Below, piece after piece: positions 61,444-64,000 of a stretch of 64,000 nucleotides of DNA (positions within the stretch are counted from its first letter, which is position 1; every line of letters starts with the position of its first letter). Origin of the DNA: Paramoeba atlantica (Eukaryota; Protista; Discosea); contig CDRNVI010000030.1 in NCBI GenBank assembly GCA_977017575.1, positions 868,001 to 932,000 of the forward strand, in the 5' to 3' direction. The notes under the pieces were generated by a model that saw nothing but the letters and a program-made list of their open reading frames with translations, was not told the DNA's origin and ran no database searches. The position numbers were made by a program, and so were the translations under genes.

Positions 61444-63268
61444 TAAGCTTAAGAAGACCAGGAAGTTGTCGATCTATCTCGGTAGTAACCAGTTGCATGA
61501 CGAGGGAAAAAAGTAAAGGACCCAACGGATCCCCTTGTTGCACACCCTCCTTTGAAGAAATCTGACGGAAACCGTAAGTGAGAATACTCTCGGTGGTGTA
61601 ACACCATTCAACCCACGGGGAGAGCTCCGGGAAGTGCTCCCTCGTAAGTGCAGCAAAGGCAGTTCTTGAGATGTTGTTAAAGGCATTTCGCAGATCCACT
61701 TTACATAGCGTGAAATCAGAACTTCCCGCCTGAGAGGCCATCACGTGCCTACACAGGTGGATCAGGCGTTCGGCCCCTGCAGGTGTTGCGACTCCGTATT
61801 GATGAGGCCAGAGTAGTTTGCTTGCCTTTTCCTTTACTGCGGAGCAGGCCGCTTTGCTCACAAGTCGCCTTATTGTTTCACCGGCAGCAATAGGACGGAC
61901 ATCATTTTCTCCCTTTTCTAAGGCACGTAGTCTGGCGCCGCCGAAGAACTTCTGGACTTGGAGACAACCTTTCCCGGACAGCAAGAGGTTCATGACTTCC
62001 TTGAGATAGAAAAGCGGCTGTACCTTGTCATCAGGGTGTGCTGCTAAGGCGCTCTGGAGATGCTCAGGGCGGAGGCCCATGGTGCCAGCCGATGTTCCGC
62101 GCCGGAAACTGCGTAGTGCCTTTTCAACTTCGCCTTCGGATAGATGTAAAGGCTCTCCCTCTATGGGTCGGAATGTGACGGAAGATGATAAAGGCAATCT
62201 ACCTGGGTGCTTCGATTGGAGTTTTTCGTAAGTTTCTTCGGATTCAGGTGCCATCGGTGCTGCTGTAAGAGCTTGCATCGCACGGGAAAACTCCCCTTGT
62301 CTGGCCAGCAACTCGGCTCGTTTCGCCGCCTTGCCGGACTCGTCCACTTCCTCATCGTCGTTCCTCTCCCGCTTCTTTACCATTTGCGCAACAGATTCGT
62401 TCCACAGTGCCGCGTATTCCCTGGATTCCGAGCGATCCATGCGTTGGCCCGTTTTCGTGGTATAGGACGAATTTCCTTTTCGTCCCCCTCTTTTGGGCGC
62501 GGGCAGGACACATTTTGGGAGCATCGCTAAGCGTGTCCAGGCCTCAACCGAGTTCTCTCTAACCACTGCAGCCATTGTTTGAGTCAAAACAGAGGCCCAC
62601 TGTTGTTTGCATCGGAATGGTACATCTTTGCATGTGTTGATGGCGTAAGAGCAGACACAATCAAGAGACGGGAGCGAATCCCTGTAAATTTGGGAAATGA
62701 AAGCCTCTTCGGTTTCTGGCTCACAGGTTAGTGACGAGGTGTAAGAGCCCAAGGAGTCTTGACATTTTTCCTCATGGGAAGCTTTTTTATTGTGATCATA
62801 GTGCTTGCCGCATGAGGGGCATAAGAAACGTCCTTCTTTTTCCCACCATTCCGAAGGCACAGTATCGCTATGTTGGCTTGCGACATGATGGTAGTAGGCC
62901 TGCCACTTCCCTCCGTGTGATGCGGTGCTCCAGTTGCACACTTCTACTGGACAGGTGCGACGTCTCATTGTGTCTCGTCTAGCTGGTTGGCGAGTCTTGG
63001 AATCTTTACTAACCCCTCTCTCGAAAATTTTGGGCGTCGACTTTTGGCTAGAAAGAGGGCTTTTTCGTGGGAGAAGCCTCGCTGTGGCCATGGAATGTGG
63101 TTCGTACCGCTCTGGGGTTTGGCTTGTTACTTCTTGACCTTTGCCAGACGTATTGGGGGCACAGTCTCTTGATACGCTGGAATGATTTCTCTCTTCGTCT
63201 GCCGATAAAATCATCCCCGTGTCGGGTGTCTGCTTCTCTCGGTGCAAAGATTGTAGTGCCGTTTCCAT
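61444..63268 (-). pseudogene. N-terminal half of the CRE ORF (zinc fingers and RT fingers)
   Basis: ATG at 63268; RT motifs up to PLLFSL; the tail of the track ORF reads into the inserted TIR. Confidence 0.9.
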
Positions 63269-63501
63269 TTTGTCTTGCCAGGCCGGTGTAATATTTTCTG
63301 GTATGGGCGTCGTGTAGAGGGATTCATCGTATGTACTAGTTGCAGCGATAAGATGCTAATTACCCTCAAACTGGTCCCAGGAGCTGGCGTGTGCGTTTTC
63401 TCCTCTTGGGCAAAAAGGTCATCTTCTCGTATCGTCGTCGAGCCGCAGGAATCAGCCTCCCTCATTGTCCGGATAAAAGAAATAGGGAAAGAAAAATAAG
63501 T

Positions 63502-63520
63502 CAACAAGGTACAGAAACTG
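63502..63520 (-). other. Spliced-leader-like 19-mer CAGTTTCTGTACCTTGTTG
   Basis: 17/19 identical to the 3' half of the kinetoplastid SL exon (CAGTTTCTGTACTTTATTG type); not followed by a GT donor. Confidence 0.6.
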
Positions 63521-63779
63521 AGGGTGTTGCTAATCCCTGGACAGTATGCTGCCCAGGGACACAGCAACTCCCCATTGTCTCGGCGTAGTAAACACGCCTT
63601 GGCTTGCCTGGCACTGTAATCGCCGAGAGAGAAAAAATATTTCTCCCCAGTCATTTCACAGCCCAGCATGCTTCCCACTTAAGGGGCCCGTTTCCGTATC
63701 CGAGTGATCTCCCCGGCAACACGTCTTTCGACGTGCGTCAAGAAGGCTGGGATACGGAACCAGGGTGTGCAAGTACGTG

Positions 63780-63965
63780 CTGTACCCGCACGTTTGATAA
63801 GCTCTTTTTTTACGGATTCTTTTTTAGCACTGATCACAAAGATCACGAAGGCCACAAACGGTGGGTCACAAAGATCCCAAACACGAGATAACAAATAATG
63901 GGTCATTAAGATTTCAAGTGAACCGATCACAAAGATAACAAACAAACAAACAAACAAACAAACCA
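63780..63965. repeat. (CAAA)n microsatellite plus degenerate GATCACAAA-type short repeats
   Basis: ~6 CAAA units at 63938-63963; GATCACAAAGAT-like motif repeated about 5 times. Confidence 0.75.
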
Positions 63966-64000
63966 ATCAGGTAATATACACATCCGATTACAAAGATCCC

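Larger units (their letters stand above)
56955..63520 (-). mobile_element. CRE-clade non-LTR retrotransposon (single ORF: zinc fingers, RT, restriction-like endonuclease), inactivated; 5' boundary uncertain
   Basis: C2H2-like fingers, RPIAAGE, QYGV, DLRNAFN, GVQQGDPLGPLLF, W*LDDG, CCHC (CPVSGC...HALVC), RHNAL, RPGD...FD; (ATT)n-type 3' tail. Confidence 0.92.

Noticed and set aside
63480-63540. Functional SL RNA gene
   Set aside because: No AACTAAC-like 5' half, no GT donor after the exon-like end, no evident Sm site or array context
63211-63678. Separate ORF1 of the retrotransposon
   Set aside because: Runs through the structured leader and SL-like motif with no gag-like or zinc-knuckle features; could at most be a frameshifted N-terminal extension
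1-64000. tRNA, rRNA, snRNA genes
   Set aside because: No cloverleaf with T-loop/D-loop consensus, or rRNA/U-snRNA signature, was recognised; small snoRNAs cannot be excluded without a covariance search

Overview
Eukaryotic, intron-less, gene-dense region. Every recognisable host gene lies on the minus strand over about 50 kb, which is the layout of a kinetoplastid polycistronic unit. The compact spacers, expanded LRR family, Merlin element and loss of alpha-tubulin K40 suggest a Perkinsela-like prokinetoplastid (inference). Host genes: METTL18/Hpm1-like methyltransferase, TBC Rab-GAP, ALG3, RluA-type pseudouridine synthase, cytochrome b5, two mitochondrial carriers (one a tandem double carrier), an M29-like peptidase, V-H+-PPase, a FYVE-like coiled-coil protein, XRN1/XRNA, alpha-tubulin, Met-tRNA formyltransferase, a DNAJC1-like protein, PEX1, long-chain acyl-CoA synthetase and six plant-type LRR paralogues. 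Mobile DNA is dense and varied. It includes a complete Merlin (25-bp TIR, 8-bp TSD), two DD35E Tc1-like elements plus relics, several TA-flanked MITE families, an hAT-like fragment and a pair of hairpin-ended Helentron-like repeats. A CRE-clade non-LTR retrotransposon is split by a pogo-like element whose transposase is fused to a Ulp1/SENP protease. Strongest unexplained signals: (1) recurring ~1-kb intragenic islands where GC skew and synonymous codon choice flip symmetrically (C-rich left, G-rich right on +); (2) a spliced-leader-like 19-mer next to structured RNA at the 5' end of a solitary CRE element; (3) the pogo-Ulp1 fusion; (4) the hairpin-ended repeat family. All homology calls are motif recognition by eye; no database searches were run.
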